Made by a program: the position numbers and the translations under genes. Positions 38,327 to 48,813 of a stretch of 64,000 nt of DNA are shown here, piece by piece. The notes beneath the pieces were generated by a model. That model saw only the letters and a list, made by a program, of their open reading frames with translations. It was not told where the DNA came from and did no database searches. Source of the DNA: Myxococcota bacterium (lineage in GTDB: Bacteria; Myxococcota_A; Polyangia; Nannocystales; Nannocystaceae); assembly GCA_039028615.1 (NCBI GenBank), contig JBCCHT010000008.1, forward strand, positions 1 to 64,000, read 5' to 3'. Numbering within the stretch: position 1 is the stretch's first letter; each line of letters opens with the position of its first letter.

Positions 38327-38836
38327 CTAGCCCCCGACTTCGGCGACGGAGCGGCTGTCGGCCAGCTCCATGACCGCAGCCGCGAGCGCGTCCATCGACC
38401 CGGTATCGACCGCGGGATTGCCCGGCAACGATAGCAACCACTGCGTGGCGTCGGGCACGTTGGAGAAGGGCTTGGTGGGGCTCGCGGTGCGCCCCAGCAG
38501 CATGATCCCGGTGAGCAGCGAGCGCATGATCGTGGCGCGCAGTCCCGAGTCCCCCACCACCACCGCCGCCCCGAGCATGGTGGTGCCGTTGGCCTTGGCC
38601 ATCGCGCCCGATTTTTTGCGGGCCTCCTCGTCGATCTTCGACAGGATGGGGACCAGCATTACCGAGAGGCTGGCAAAGTGGCCGAACTCCCGCTTGATGA
38701 CCTCTTGGAGCTGCTCGAGCCGCTCGAGGTCGGCCACGCAGGCCCGGCGCCAGAACACGGTGATCAGCACGTGACGCCACGACGCGACCACGAACGCGGG
38801 CTCGTCGTGCATGAAGTGGAGTTCGGCCGCAGGCAT
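38327..38836 (-). CDS. STAS/SEC14-like small protein
   Basis: 3' part of ORF 38327-39673 from ATG 38836; AAVVV..SGLRATIMRS...PTKPFSNVPDATQWL pattern. Confidence 0.65.
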   Translation of the reverse strand: MPAAELHFMHDEPAFVVASWRHVLITVFWRRACVADLERLEQLQEVIKREFGHFASLSVMLVPILSKIDEEARKKSGAMAKANGTTMLGAAVVVGDSGLRATIMRSLLTGIMLLGRTASPTKPFSNVPDATQWLLSLPGNPAVDTGSMDALAAAVMELADSRSVAEVGG

Positions 38837-39073
38837 GGGTCGGGAACGGGACGGTCTCGCCGACGCGAGCCTCGCCGTGGTTGTACCGATCTTTTCGGCG
38901 AGCTTGAAATGGGGGCGACCGAGCGCCGAGGGCCACGGAATATCGCAGGTTGCGCATCGCGGGGAGCGGGAGAACATCACCGTTCCGCGGCTGAATTCGG
39001 GTCCTGGCGCGCTTTCGCGAGGAATCTGCGCCGCAGGGTGCGACAGCGCGGGTCCCGACTCGTCTCTAGCGGC

Positions 39074-39583
39074 ATGGGGCTGTTCGACAAGGCCAAGAAA
39101 TTCCTGGGTGGCAAGGGCATGGCAGACGTGACGATCACCGTGATCGAGCGTCAGCCGGCCGAGAGTGCGACCTTCCCGGTGACCGACTCCGTGCTCAAGG
39201 GCACGATGGTCATCGACGTCAAGAAGGACTGCACGCTGCTCGCGACCAAGTACGAGATCTGGCTCGAGGTCGACACGGATGACGAGGAGAAGGCCAACCG
39301 GGTCGATCTGGTCGCGTTCGATGCCGATCCGGACCCCAACACCTCGTACTCCGACGAGTGCCTCAAGATGCCCTGCGACCTGACTCCGGGGCAGCAGATC
39401 ACGCAGCCCTGGCTCGTCTGCGACGTGGAGCTGGCCAAGTACCTCGCCAAGGGAGGCATCAGCGATCCCAACGCGGCCGTCGGCAACTCGAACGTGCGGC
39501 TCAAGGTCAAGTGCATTGCCGACGTGAAGGGCTCGCCCTTCGACCCGAGCGCCGAGGTGACGGTGCAGCTCGCTCCGAGCTGA
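39074..39583 (+). CDS. SpoOM/arrestin-fold-like hypothetical protein
   Basis: MGLFDKAKKFLGG N-terminus, beta-rich body, ADVKGSPFDPS C-terminus. Confidence 0.6.
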   Translation: MGLFDKAKKFLGGKGMADVTITVIERQPAESATFPVTDSVLKGTMVIDVKKDCTLLATKYEIWLEVDTDDEEKANRVDLVAFDADPDPNTSYSDECLKMPCDLTPGQQITQPWLVCDVELAKYLAKGGISDPNAAVGNSNVRLKVKCIADVKGSPFDPSAEVTVQLAPS

Positions 39584-39585
39584 GA

Positions 39586-40605
39586 TCAGGGCGTGCCGCG
39601 GCGGTGGAGCTCGACCTCCGCCGCGATGTAGCCGAAGGCCGCCCACTGGTCGGTGCCCACGACGGCCCGCCACTGCTCGAGCGCCACGGGCAGCCGCCCC
39701 TGCGCGAGATGATGGTGACCCACGCCGAAGCCGAGGGTCGCCGAGTCGAGCCCTTCGGTGCCTCCGGGCAGGACCTGCGCGGCCGAGGCCTCGCCCTTGA
39801 ACAGGGTCAGTAGCTGCAAGTACGCGTGGTTTTCGAGCAGCGGCATGTCGGCGGAGAACGACTTCAGCAACCCCGGCACCTCGTCGTTGCGACCCATCCG
39901 CTGGAAGGTGAGCGCCAGCCAGTACGCGACCGCGACCCGCATGTCGTCGGTGGTCGACGCCGCCTCGCAGCGACGATAGGCCACCAACGCCTCGTCGAAC
40001 TTCTCCTGGAGGAACAGCGCCAGGCCGAGGTGGTAGTAGACGTTGGTCTGGAGCGTGCCCGTGGGGATCCCGGCCGGGTTGGGGAGTCCGTCCGGCTCGA
40101 CCTCGCTGGGCATGGTCTTCACGATGCTCGCCGCCAGGTCGAGGTCACGCTCCGCCTGCTCGAAGCGGCGCAGGGTGATGAAGCGATGACCGCGATGCCG
40201 CAGCAGGTGCGGCTCGTCGAGGTGGATCTTCAGGCCGGCGGTGAAGATGTCGATCGCCTCCTGGTAGCGGCCGAGATAGGCCGTGCGGCGCCCGTACCAG
40301 ACGATGGCGTCGAGGTCCTCGGGTGCGGCCTCGTAGCGTGCCTTGGCCTCGAGCCACTTCGCGTGGCGATCGGCGTACACGTCGTCGGGGAGCACGGGCC
40401 GTAGCAAGGGCCGACCGTCGACCGCGTTCGCCTCCACGACGTCGGGCGCCTGGGGCGGCGGCGTCTGCTCGGCCGTCGCCGTCGGCTCGCCCGCGCTCGT
40501 CTCCGTGCCTGCGTCGGCCTGCGTCGGCGTGTCCGGTCCGGCTGGAGTCTCGACGGGTCGGCAGGCAACGCCAGCCAACAGCAGCAGGGGCAGAACGGAC
40601 CGCAT
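39586..40605 (-). CDS. TPR-containing lipoprotein
   Basis: GVAC lipobox; WYGRRTAYLGRYQEAI, RHRGHRFITLR, YYHLGLALFL TPR helices. Confidence 0.8.
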   Translation of the reverse strand: MRSVLPLLLLAGVACRPVETPAGPDTPTQADAGTETSAGEPTATAEQTPPPQAPDVVEANAVDGRPLLRPVLPDDVYADRHAKWLEAKARYEAAPEDLDAIVWYGRRTAYLGRYQEAIDIFTAGLKIHLDEPHLLRHRGHRFITLRRFEQAERDLDLAASIVKTMPSEVEPDGLPNPAGIPTGTLQTNVYYHLGLALFLQEKFDEALVAYRRCEAASTTDDMRVAVAYWLALTFQRMGRNDEVPGLLKSFSADMPLLENHAYLQLLTLFKGEASAAQVLPGGTEGLDSATLGFGVGHHHLAQGRLPVALEQWRAVVGTDQWAAFGYIAAEVELHRRGTP

Positions 40606-40640
40606 GCCGCGAGCCTATCGCAGCCCGTGCGGGACGCGGG

Positions 40641-41597
40641 CTAGCCAGTGACCCAGTCGGTGAGCATGGGCAGGAGCAGGGCCAGAGCCACGCTCGCCGC
40701 CAGGCCGATGCCGGCCTTGATCACGTCGCGCAGGACCAGCGCGCCCGTCTCCTTCGGCGTGCGGATCTTCAGGCGGATGGTCAGGGCGAGCTCACGACCC
40801 GCCAGCATGCCCAAGAACACCCAGGTCGTGCTCATGGGGATGTTGCTGAGCTCCTTGAAGAAGAACAGTACCAGGCCGTAGGTGAAGTTGATGACCGCCG
40901 CGGCCCGGATGTCCGTGGTGTTGGTCTTCGAGGTGACGATCTTCTGGATCGGCCCGCCCGCGCTGTAGAAGACCCAGCCGAGCAGCGCGACCATCATCGC
41001 CAAACCACCGAGCAAGGCCTCGGGCTGCAGCGGCCGCGGCAGGTACACGAAGATGTTGGCGAGGTCCTGGATGAGCCACTGCGTCCACAAAAAACCCGTG
41101 GACAGCCACTGGATGACCAGCCACAGGCGAGGGCGCTTCACGGGGTTGTCCGGCGTGAACCGCTTGGAGACGATCTCCGCGATGGCCAGGTAGACCAGCA
41201 GCGCCACGACGAAGGCGACCGCGTAGCCGAGCAGCGACTTGGTCAGCATGCTGCCCAGGCTCTTGGGCGAGAACACGGTGAGCACGAGGAAGGTGGTGCT
41301 CACTGGCATCCCGAGCCGGGTCAGGATGAGCAGCACGATCGGCGGCAGCACGTACAACCACGTGTACGGGTCGGGGAACGGGATGCGATCGAGACGGCCG
41401 TAGGACACGTCACCGTCGTGCGTGAACCAGCCCCAAAGCAGGACGGCCACGAGGATCGAACCCGAGTAGAGCCACAAGACCCACCAGGGGCGCTCACGGT
41501 TCGACGCGAGAAAAGTACCGAGCGTTTGGATGGCGTCGTTGGCAACGACGGCGTACGAGGCCAGCGCGAAGCCAGCCAGCATCAGAAACCATTCCAT
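40641..41597 (-). CDS. PiT/PHO4-like inorganic phosphate transporter family membrane protein
   Basis: Two internal repeats ANDAIQTLGTF / QDLANIFV with GMPVSTTF / IPMSTTW, resembling PiT signatures; about ten TM helices. Confidence 0.65.
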   Translation of the reverse strand: MEWFLMLAGFALASYAVVANDAIQTLGTFLASNRERPWWVLWLYSGSILVAVLLWGWFTHDGDVSYGRLDRIPFPDPYTWLYVLPPIVLLILTRLGMPVSTTFLVLTVFSPKSLGSMLTKSLLGYAVAFVVALLVYLAIAEIVSKRFTPDNPVKRPRLWLVIQWLSTGFLWTQWLIQDLANIFVYLPRPLQPEALLGGLAMMVALLGWVFYSAGGPIQKIVTSKTNTTDIRAAAVINFTYGLVLFFFKELSNIPMSTTWVFLGMLAGRELALTIRLKIRTPKETGALVLRDVIKAGIGLAASVALALLLPMLTDWVTG

Positions 41598-41683
41598 GGA
41601 ATTGCGTTTCGTCCGTCGCGTAGTACCGCGGCGAGGGCCACACATTGCCGTAGGCGTGCCCGTGTCGCCGGCTCGGGGGCGGA

Positions 41684-41702
41684 AGTTACCCACTTGTGAC
41701 AT
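41684..41702 (-). promoter_or_regulatory. Pho-box-like 11-bp-spaced direct repeat
   Basis: Minus strand TGTCACAAGTGGGTAACT: GTCAC and GTAAC 11 bp apart, ~85 nt upstream of the transporter. Confidence 0.4.
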
Positions 41703-41874
41703 GCGGCAGGAAGCACCTCACGGATCCGGCATGCCACGGCGGGGGAACCCCTGCGAAAAGGGCCTGCGGGGATCACGGGGGCGCACATCAGCCGCCGAAG
41801 TGGCACCTCGCCTCGGTCGCCGCCGCGGATTTTTCGCACTCCACGTGATGGTCACCACGAAGGAGTCGAGCCGG

Positions 41875-44622
41875 TCACTCGCGGGGAATGGGTGCCAAGC
41901 GGTTGGCGATCACCAGCGCCTCGCCGAACAGATCGTCGCGGTCCTTGGTCTCGCGCAGCACGGGCGCCGCTTCGGCCGCGAGCGCCCTCGCCTGCTCGAG
42001 GTCGCCGCGCTGCTCGGCACACATCGCCAAGAAGGCTCGGGTCGCCGCGCGAGCCGTCGCGTCGTAACCCCGCTCGTCGTCGAGCGCGTCCTGGAGCGCC
42101 TGGCACCCGGCGTCGACCTGGCCCCGCGACAGTAGGGTCGCTCCCCGCCCCATCGCGACCTTCGCTCGCAGTGCGTGCAGCCCCGTGTCGGTGCTCTCGA
42201 TGAGCCCCCACGCGTGGCTCATCTCGTCGAGAGCACCCTGGGCCTGCCCTTGCCCGTAGTGCAGCCGCCCCAGGTTCCAGCGCGCATACACGACGGAGTC
42301 AGGATGGCCGCCCTCCTCCCAGATCGATGCCGCCGCTTCGTAGGCCTCCCGGGCATCCTCGACGTGACCCTGCGCGAGCATCACGTTGCCCAAGTTGTTG
42401 TAGATGCCGCCGACGCTGCGAGAGCGAGGACCGTAGGCCGACGACATGATGGCCAGCGCCTCGCGATTGGCGACCTCGGCCTCCTCGTGCTGGCCCCGCG
42501 CAGAGCGAATCGACGCCACCAGCATCCAGCTGCGACCGGTCTGCGGGTGGCGCTCGCCAAGCTCGTCGGAGCGCACGCGCATCCCGTGGCGGGCCAAGGT
42601 CTCGGCCTGCTCGTAGTTGCGACGCAGGTACTCGACGGCGGCGCGTTCAATGTCGGCGGAGGCCACCCGGAGGTGATCGGGACCCAGCTGCTCGCGTAGA
42701 TGGTCGTGGGCCCGGCTGGCGTGGGCAAAGGCCTCGTCGATCCGCCCGACCTCCCGCAGCGCCCGGCTCACGCCCAAGTCGATGGACGCACTGAGCCACG
42801 GGTCGTCGTGGGGACTCGACAGGGTGCGTGCCCGCTCGGCCCACTCGAGGGTGTAGTCGACCCGCGAGATGTCGCGCTGCACCGACACCAGCGCGGCCGC
42901 GGCCGAGAGCGCCGTCTCTCGATCACCCCGGGCCAAGGCCGTCCATGCCGCATCGACCAGCTCTCGCTCCGCCTCCTCGTTGCGCTGCTGCTGCGAGGCG
43001 ATCGTCCCCGCCACGGTCTGCGCCTTGGCGACCAGCGGCAGGTACCCCACGGCGCGCGCGGCCGCGAGGGCCTCGGCCGCCTCGGCCTGCGCCACCTCGT
43101 AGTGTCCGGCCGCGCTCTCGTTACGGACCTTGGCCAGCACCTGTTCGAGCTGCCGCACCTGGGGCTCCTGCTCGGCGGTGGGCGGCTCGACGCTCGACAA
43201 TACCGCTTCGGCGTCGCCACACCGCTCGATCGAGGGCAGCCCATCGACCAGCGCGACCGCCCGCAGCAAGGCGGCGTCGTCGGGCTCGCTCAGGACCTCG
43301 ACCATCGCGTCGAAGGACCGCCGCTTCCCCGCCAGGCAGGCGAGCCTCGCATCCATGATCCGACCCGACTGCTCCTCACGAACCTGGGTGGCCTCGCAGG
43401 CATCCACTCGGCTCTCGGCCCAGCCCCGCGACCACGCGTCGACCTGCGTGACGCGATCGGAAGACTCGGCGTCGTAGTTGCGATCGTAGCCCTCGAAGGC
43501 CCGCGTGATGGCCTCCTGGGCCGAGGGCCCATAGAGTTCCGCGTGCTGCTCTTCGATCGTGGGGCACGGGTTGGTGGGTGCATCGGAGCCCGCCATGACC
43601 CCGTAGACGACGCTGCCGATCGCGAGCGTCGCCACGGCCAGGGCCACGCCGAGACGCCGCGGCGGCCGACGACCCGCGGCGAGGGCTTCGACCAGCGCCT
43701 CCATGCTCGGCCAGCGGTCGGCGGGCTCCCGGGCGAGGCCCCGGGCGATCGCGGCTCGGATCGAGCTGGGCACCTCGGGCACCTCGAGCGGCTGCGGCTG
43801 GACCTCGCCGATGGCCACCATCAGCGCGACCGCATCCAGCACGTCACCGAAGGGGTGTGTGCCGGCCAGCGCCTCGTGCAAGGCCAGACAGAAGCTGAAC
43901 TGATCGGCGGCGGCGGTGATGGGCTCGCGGTGCACCTGCTCGGGCGCCATGTAACGGGGCGTGCCGAGCATGGATCCCGTGCGGGTGAGCGACGACGCCG
44001 GCCCGGGCGATACGAACTCCTCGCTCACCACCTCGGGCTCCGCCGACGCATCGCGATTACCCGCCACGACCAGGCCAAAGTCCATCACCCGCACGCGACC
44101 GCCCTCGTCGATCATGACGTTGCCCGGCTTGAAGTCGCGATGCACCAGGTCGGCCTCGTGCGCCGCGCTCAAGCCTCGCCCCGCCGCGATGAACACGTCG
44201 ACCGTCTCCTGCCAGCGCCGCGGGGTGGCGAGCCACTGGTCCAGGGTCTGCCCCGAGACCAGCTCCATCGCGATGAACACCGCCTCGTCGTGATGGCCGA
44301 CGTCGAAGACGGACACGACGTGCGGATCGCTGAGCCGAGCCAGCGCCCGGGCTTCCTGTAGCAAGCGAGCGTTGCGGGTGTCGCTGCGCTCGTGCAGCAG
44401 CTTGACGGCCACGCGACGGTCGAGCTGCGGGTCGTACGCGGCATAGACCACGCCCATCCCCCCGCTGCCGAGGCGATCGAGCACCACGTAGCGCGACAGC
44501 GCCTCCCCGCGTCGCAGCACCCGCTCGCTCGCCGCTCGGCCACGCCCCTCGAAGGCCCCGGTCGCGTTGATGGTGACGTCGGCCTCGGTCGCATCGCTCG
44601 ATGGCTGAGAGGAGGACGACAC
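41875..44622 (-). CDS. Hanks Ser/Thr kinase with TM segment and C-terminal TPR repeats
   Basis: LGSGGMGVVY, VAVK, HRDFKPGN, DFG, GTPRYMAPEQ; TPRs such as GGIYNNLGNV. Confidence 0.93.
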   Translation of the reverse strand: MSSSSQPSSDATEADVTINATGAFEGRGRAASERVLRRGEALSRYVVLDRLGSGGMGVVYAAYDPQLDRRVAVKLLHERSDTRNARLLQEARALARLSDPHVVSVFDVGHHDEAVFIAMELVSGQTLDQWLATPRRWQETVDVFIAAGRGLSAAHEADLVHRDFKPGNVMIDEGGRVRVMDFGLVVAGNRDASAEPEVVSEEFVSPGPASSLTRTGSMLGTPRYMAPEQVHREPITAAADQFSFCLALHEALAGTHPFGDVLDAVALMVAIGEVQPQPLEVPEVPSSIRAAIARGLAREPADRWPSMEALVEALAAGRRPPRRLGVALAVATLAIGSVVYGVMAGSDAPTNPCPTIEEQHAELYGPSAQEAITRAFEGYDRNYDAESSDRVTQVDAWSRGWAESRVDACEATQVREEQSGRIMDARLACLAGKRRSFDAMVEVLSEPDDAALLRAVALVDGLPSIERCGDAEAVLSSVEPPTAEQEPQVRQLEQVLAKVRNESAAGHYEVAQAEAAEALAAARAVGYLPLVAKAQTVAGTIASQQQRNEEAERELVDAAWTALARGDRETALSAAAALVSVQRDISRVDYTLEWAERARTLSSPHDDPWLSASIDLGVSRALREVGRIDEAFAHASRAHDHLREQLGPDHLRVASADIERAAVEYLRRNYEQAETLARHGMRVRSDELGERHPQTGRSWMLVASIRSARGQHEEAEVANREALAIMSSAYGPRSRSVGGIYNNLGNVMLAQGHVEDAREAYEAAASIWEEGGHPDSVVYARWNLGRLHYGQGQAQGALDEMSHAWGLIESTDTGLHALRAKVAMGRGATLLSRGQVDAGCQALQDALDDERGYDATARAATRAFLAMCAEQRGDLEQARALAAEAAPVLRETKDRDDLFGEALVIANRLAPIPRE

Positions 44623-44666
44623 GCTCGCACGAGGGTATCGCGCCCGACGGCGCTACTGAAGCCCGG

Positions 44667-47600
44667 CTACTGCTCCGCGTTGCGGGCCCGCAGCCACTCT
44701 CGCACTGTACGCCGAAACTCGCCTTCGGCGGGCAGCCCTTCGAGGTGCTTCTGCGCCGACTTGGCCAGCGCGATGGCCCGGGGACGGTCGCGCCCTTCCC
44801 CGGCTGCAATCATCCACAGCACCTTGGCCAGGAAGTAGTCGGCCTCGGCCTTGAGCGCGGGCAGACCATCGGCCGACTCGAGCACCTTGGCCGCTCGCTG
44901 GGCGTGCTCGAGCGCATCGGCCATGCGCCCCTCGGCCAGCGCCACCCGACCGAGACCCACCAAGCCATGCGCCAGCTTGGGATGATCGACGCCGAGACTC
45001 TTGCCGCGCACCGCGATGGCCCGCTCGAGCAGCGTCCGCGCCCGCTCGTAGCGCTCCTCGGTGATGTGCACCTCGGCCAGGCCGATCAGCGAGAACGCGA
45101 GGTCGGGGTGCTCGATGCCCGAGGTGGCCTCGACGATGGCGATGGCGCGCTCGAACATCCGCGCCGCCGTGGCCCGGTCGCCTTCGTCGTTGTAGATGGT
45201 GCCCAGGTTGTTGAGCAGCGGGGCCACCGAGCCGTGGCTGGAGCCGTGCTGCTCCTCGTGAATGGCCAGCGCCCGCTCGAGCAGCGGCTTCGCCCGATCG
45301 GGTTGCCCCAGCGACTGCTGCACCGCCGCCATGTTGTTGAGCGTTCGAGCCACCTGCGGATGGCTGGAGCCCAGCGCTCGCTCGGCGATGGACAGCGCCC
45401 GCTCGTTGAGCGACAGCGCCTCGGTCAGGTTGCCCTGGAGCCGCTCGACGATGGCCGCGTTGCCCAGCAGCGTGACCAGCTGGGGGTGCTCGGGGCCCAG
45501 CGCCTTCTCGGTGATGGTCAGCGCCCGCTCGTAGTCGGCCTTGGCTCCCGCGTAGTCCCCGGTGGCCGTCTCGATCGCGGCGAGGTTCTGAAACAGCGTG
45601 GCGACCTGGGGATGGTCGGGTCCGTAGGTGGCCTCGAGCACGGCCAGGGTCTGCTGGAACAGCGCCTGGGCGGTGTCGTACTCGCCCTGCTTGTAGTGGA
45701 CGCCGGCCAGGGCATTGAGCCCGACCGTCAGCCGCGGGTGCTCGTCGCCGTGGACCCGACGATAGGTGCCGAGCGAGCGTTCGAACAGCTCCTTGGCAAC
45801 TGTGGCGTTGCCCTCGGTCGCCTCGATGTCGGCGAGGCTGTGGTCGCGCTGGGCCATGCGCAGCCCGAGCGGGTCCCCGGCGTGGCTGGCCGCGACCGCG
45901 GCATGCCGGACCCAGACTCGCCCCTCCTCGGGACGCGCCTGTCGCTTGCCCACGGTGACCGCCAGCTGCACGGCGGCATCGCTGGCCACCCCCCACGCGC
46001 TGGCTTCCATGGCCTCGACGAAGGCCTCGATGCCGACGCGCTCGGACTCGGGGTAGTCGCCGACGTGATCGAGCAGGTCGGCCTCGCGGGTCAGGGCGAG
46101 CGCCCGCAGGGCGGGCCAGTCGAGCCCCTCGGACTCGACCCGTGCCTCTCGAACCAGAGCCAGGGCCGGCGTGTACTTGCCCGCATCGGTCAGGGTGTGC
46201 GCGCGCGACAAGGACTCCCGGACGTCGGCGAACTGATCGCGGGTGCGCTGGGGGGGCGGCGGCGGCCCGTTGTCGAGCTGCGCTTCGTCGATGCACGACG
46301 CGACCGGGGTGAGCCGGGCCGCGGCCCTCACCGCGCGGCGCACCACCTCTTCGTCCGCCCGCGCCAGCTCCGTCACCAGCGACGTGAGCTCCAGTCGGCG
46401 CTCGTCGAGGCACCACAGCGAACGATCGAAGGTCTGATCGGTCCACTCCTCGCGCACCGACGTGTGCAAGCAGGCCTCGGTCCGGGCGTCCGACCACTCG
46501 TGGGCCTGGCGGTTGAGCCACGGCATGACGTTGTCGGCCGTGCTCACCGCGTAGCCGACATCCGTCGCCAGCAGACCGCGACGGACCCCGTCTCGCGCCT
46601 CGTCGTTCCAGACCTCTTCGATGCTCTGCCCCGCGACGCGACAGCGCTCGATGGCCTCCTCGGTACGTCGGCCTTCCAGCCAATCCGAGACCTGCCACGC
46701 GCCGACCCCCACCGCGAGCCCCGCCACGAGCACGCTTGCTCCGACGATCCGCTGTCGACGCTCCCGGGCCGAGCGATCGGGCTCGAGCACCTTGAGCAGC
46801 GCCTCCATGTTGGGGAAGCGATCGTCGCTGCGCACCGAGAGCCCGCGCTGGAGCGCCTCGCTGATCACCTTGGGCACGGGCAGCACGCTGGGCCAGGCGG
46901 GAGGCCCCCGCAGCTTGGCGCGCGCCAGGTTGGGTCCGCGGAAGGGCGGCTCCTTGGTCAGCGCCTCCCACAGCGCGACACAAAACGCGTACTGATCGGC
47001 GGTCGGCGTCAGGTCTCCGTCGTGGTGCTGCTCGGGCGCCATGTAGCGCGGCGTGCCCATCACGATGCCCGTCTGCGTGAGCGACTGCCCGACGTCCGAG
47101 GGAAACGACTCCTCGGGAGAAAACGAGCTCTCGCCGAAGGCATCGCGCGCGGGCTTGGCCAGGCCGAAGTCGGTGACCTTGACCCGGCCGTCTTCGGAGA
47201 CCAGGACATTCGACGGCTTGAAGTCCCGGTGCAGCAGGCCTTCGGCGTGGGCCGCCGCCAGCCCGCGCCCCGCCGCCACGAACACCCGCAGGATGTCCGG
47301 CCACTCCGGTCCCTTGCGCAGCCATCGACGTAGCGTCGTGCCCGAGACCAGCTCCATTGCGAGCAGCACCCCTTTTTCGGGATCGGTCTCCACGTCGTAG
47401 ACCGCCACCACGTTGGGATGACTCAGCTGCGCCATGATCCGCGCCTCGCGGAGCATGCGTTCTTGGGCTTGCGTGTTCATCACGTCCGCCCGCAAGACCT
47501 TCAGCGCCACCTCGCGCTGGAGCTTGGGCTCGTAGGCCCGCAGCACTCGCCCCATCGCACCACGACCGAGCTCGTCGATCACCACGTAGCGACCGAGCCG

Positions 47601-47723
47601 CGTCCCGATCTTTCCGGCTTCGGAGCCGGCGGGCGGCTTCACTCGCGGTGCATCGGGCTTGGTCGCGATCCCCCGAGGGCGGGTCTCGACCCTGCTCTCG
47701 ACGGTGCGCGGGCTCGACGTCAC
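44667..47723 (-). CDS. Hanks Ser/Thr kinase with TM segment and many TPR repeats
   Basis: LGRGAMGRV, VALK, HRDFKPSN, DFG, GTPRYMAPEQ; repeated GPxHP..A..LNNL TPRs; start uncertain (47723-47786). Confidence 0.93.
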   Translation of the reverse strand: MTSSPRTVESRVETRPRGIATKPDAPRVKPPAGSEAGKIGTRLGRYVVIDELGRGAMGRVLRAYEPKLQREVALKVLRADVMNTQAQERMLREARIMAQLSHPNVVAVYDVETDPEKGVLLAMELVSGTTLRRWLRKGPEWPDILRVFVAAGRGLAAAHAEGLLHRDFKPSNVLVSEDGRVKVTDFGLAKPARDAFGESSFSPEESFPSDVGQSLTQTGIVMGTPRYMAPEQHHDGDLTPTADQYAFCVALWEALTKEPPFRGPNLARAKLRGPPAWPSVLPVPKVISEALQRGLSVRSDDRFPNMEALLKVLEPDRSARERRQRIVGASVLVAGLAVGVGAWQVSDWLEGRRTEEAIERCRVAGQSIEEVWNDEARDGVRRGLLATDVGYAVSTADNVMPWLNRQAHEWSDARTEACLHTSVREEWTDQTFDRSLWCLDERRLELTSLVTELARADEEVVRRAVRAAARLTPVASCIDEAQLDNGPPPPPQRTRDQFADVRESLSRAHTLTDAGKYTPALALVREARVESEGLDWPALRALALTREADLLDHVGDYPESERVGIEAFVEAMEASAWGVASDAAVQLAVTVGKRQARPEEGRVWVRHAAVAASHAGDPLGLRMAQRDHSLADIEATEGNATVAKELFERSLGTYRRVHGDEHPRLTVGLNALAGVHYKQGEYDTAQALFQQTLAVLEATYGPDHPQVATLFQNLAAIETATGDYAGAKADYERALTITEKALGPEHPQLVTLLGNAAIVERLQGNLTEALSLNERALSIAERALGSSHPQVARTLNNMAAVQQSLGQPDRAKPLLERALAIHEEQHGSSHGSVAPLLNNLGTIYNDEGDRATAARMFERAIAIVEATSGIEHPDLAFSLIGLAEVHITEERYERARTLLERAIAVRGKSLGVDHPKLAHGLVGLGRVALAEGRMADALEHAQRAAKVLESADGLPALKAEADYFLAKVLWMIAAGEGRDRPRAIALAKSAQKHLEGLPAEGEFRRTVREWLRARNAEQ

Positions 47724-47812
47724 GGCGCTCAGGATATTACAGCCGAGGGTCGGCGTGCCGAGTCCCAGATCGAACGTCCAATACACCCACGGTGTAGGAC
47801 TATGATTCCGCG

Positions 47813-48364
47813 ATGAGCCATGGCTGTGCAGTGTGCCGAGAAGTCCCTGCGGCCGACTCGGTCGGCCTCAATCGGGTCGGCGGCCTGGACGTGTGCGATC
47901 CATGTTTTCTCGGGCTCGCGCCGCAACGCGCCCGTGCACGCGGCTGGAGCCTGAATATCGACCAATGGCAGCGTACTGACGGCGAAGGCAATGTCGTGGC
48001 CTACATCACCCGGGGCCACTTGACGCTTGCCAAGGGCGTCGGGATTCACTTCAAATCCCGGCGCAAGACGCTCATGCGCAAGCTTCTCCAGCTCTTCGCG
48101 CCCTCGGTCGCCGTAGGGGATCCCCTCTTCGACAACCACGTCTACACCCGCAGCAAGAACGCCGGTCTCACCCGGCGGATCCTCGCCGACGAGGGCGTGC
48201 AGTCCATCATCATGGACTTGCTGGGCGAAGGCTCGTGGATCGAGTTCGAGGCCAACACCCTCACCACCTACAGCGTGCGCGACGAGTACGTCTCCGAGGC
48301 CAAGTTCACCTCGGAGATGTGCGTGCTCGCCTCGCACCTCGAGCGCCTCGCCCTGCCGAGCTGA
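47813..48364 (+). CDS. Hypothetical protein with N-terminal CxxC...CxxC
   Basis: CAVC/CDPC pair; VGDPLFD motif. Confidence 0.65.
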   Translation: MSHGCAVCREVPAADSVGLNRVGGLDVCDPCFLGLAPQRARARGWSLNIDQWQRTDGEGNVVAYITRGHLTLAKGVGIHFKSRRKTLMRKLLQLFAPSVAVGDPLFDNHVYTRSKNAGLTRRILADEGVQSIIMDLLGEGSWIEFEANTLTTYSVRDEYVSEAKFTSEMCVLASHLERLALPS

Positions 48365-48399
48365 TTTCGGGTGGTCACCGCGGGCCGGGCTCCGGTAGT

Positions 48400-48735
48400 T
48401 TGAGTCCCTTGCCCAATCCCTCGCCCCCCATCGAACTCGTCGAGCGCGGCGGCACCACGTGCCCCCACTGCGGCACGCCGCTGGCGTCGGCCGAGCGCAC
48501 CCGACGAACCCGGACCGCCCGATGTCGCGGTCGCTTCGGCGGGCACTACACGTACACGGTTCGCGAGCTGCGATGCGCCGGGTGCCGCCGCCTGGTGCCC
48601 GCCCGGAAGACCGAGCAGGGCTTCGTCACCGTGCCCGACCCCGGCATCAGCGGGCCGAACGTGATCACCGAGCTCGAGCGTGAACAGCTCGGGCAGGCGA
48701 TCGAGCTGCAGTACGCCGAACAAGATCGCTCCTGA
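48400..48735 (+). CDS. Small zinc-ribbon-like protein
   Basis: CPHC...CAGC; start uncertain (TTG 48400). Confidence 0.5.
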   Translation: MSPLPNPSPPIELVERGGTTCPHCGTPLASAERTRRTRTARCRGRFGGHYTYTVRELRCAGCRRLVPARKTEQGFVTVPDPGISGPNVITELEREQLGQAIELQYAEQDRS

Positions 48736-48813
48736 GTCGCGGGACGCGACTCGAGCGAATCGCCGTGGTCGAGGACCGCGGTGATCCGCTCGAAGTGGGC
48801 TTACCCGAGGCTC

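Noticed and set aside
44601..47333. 910-aa plus-strand ORF, and similar long antisense ORFs (24892-26880, 28629-30815, 48781-51111)
   Set aside because: Shadow ORFs opposite well-supported genes, expected in high-GC DNA
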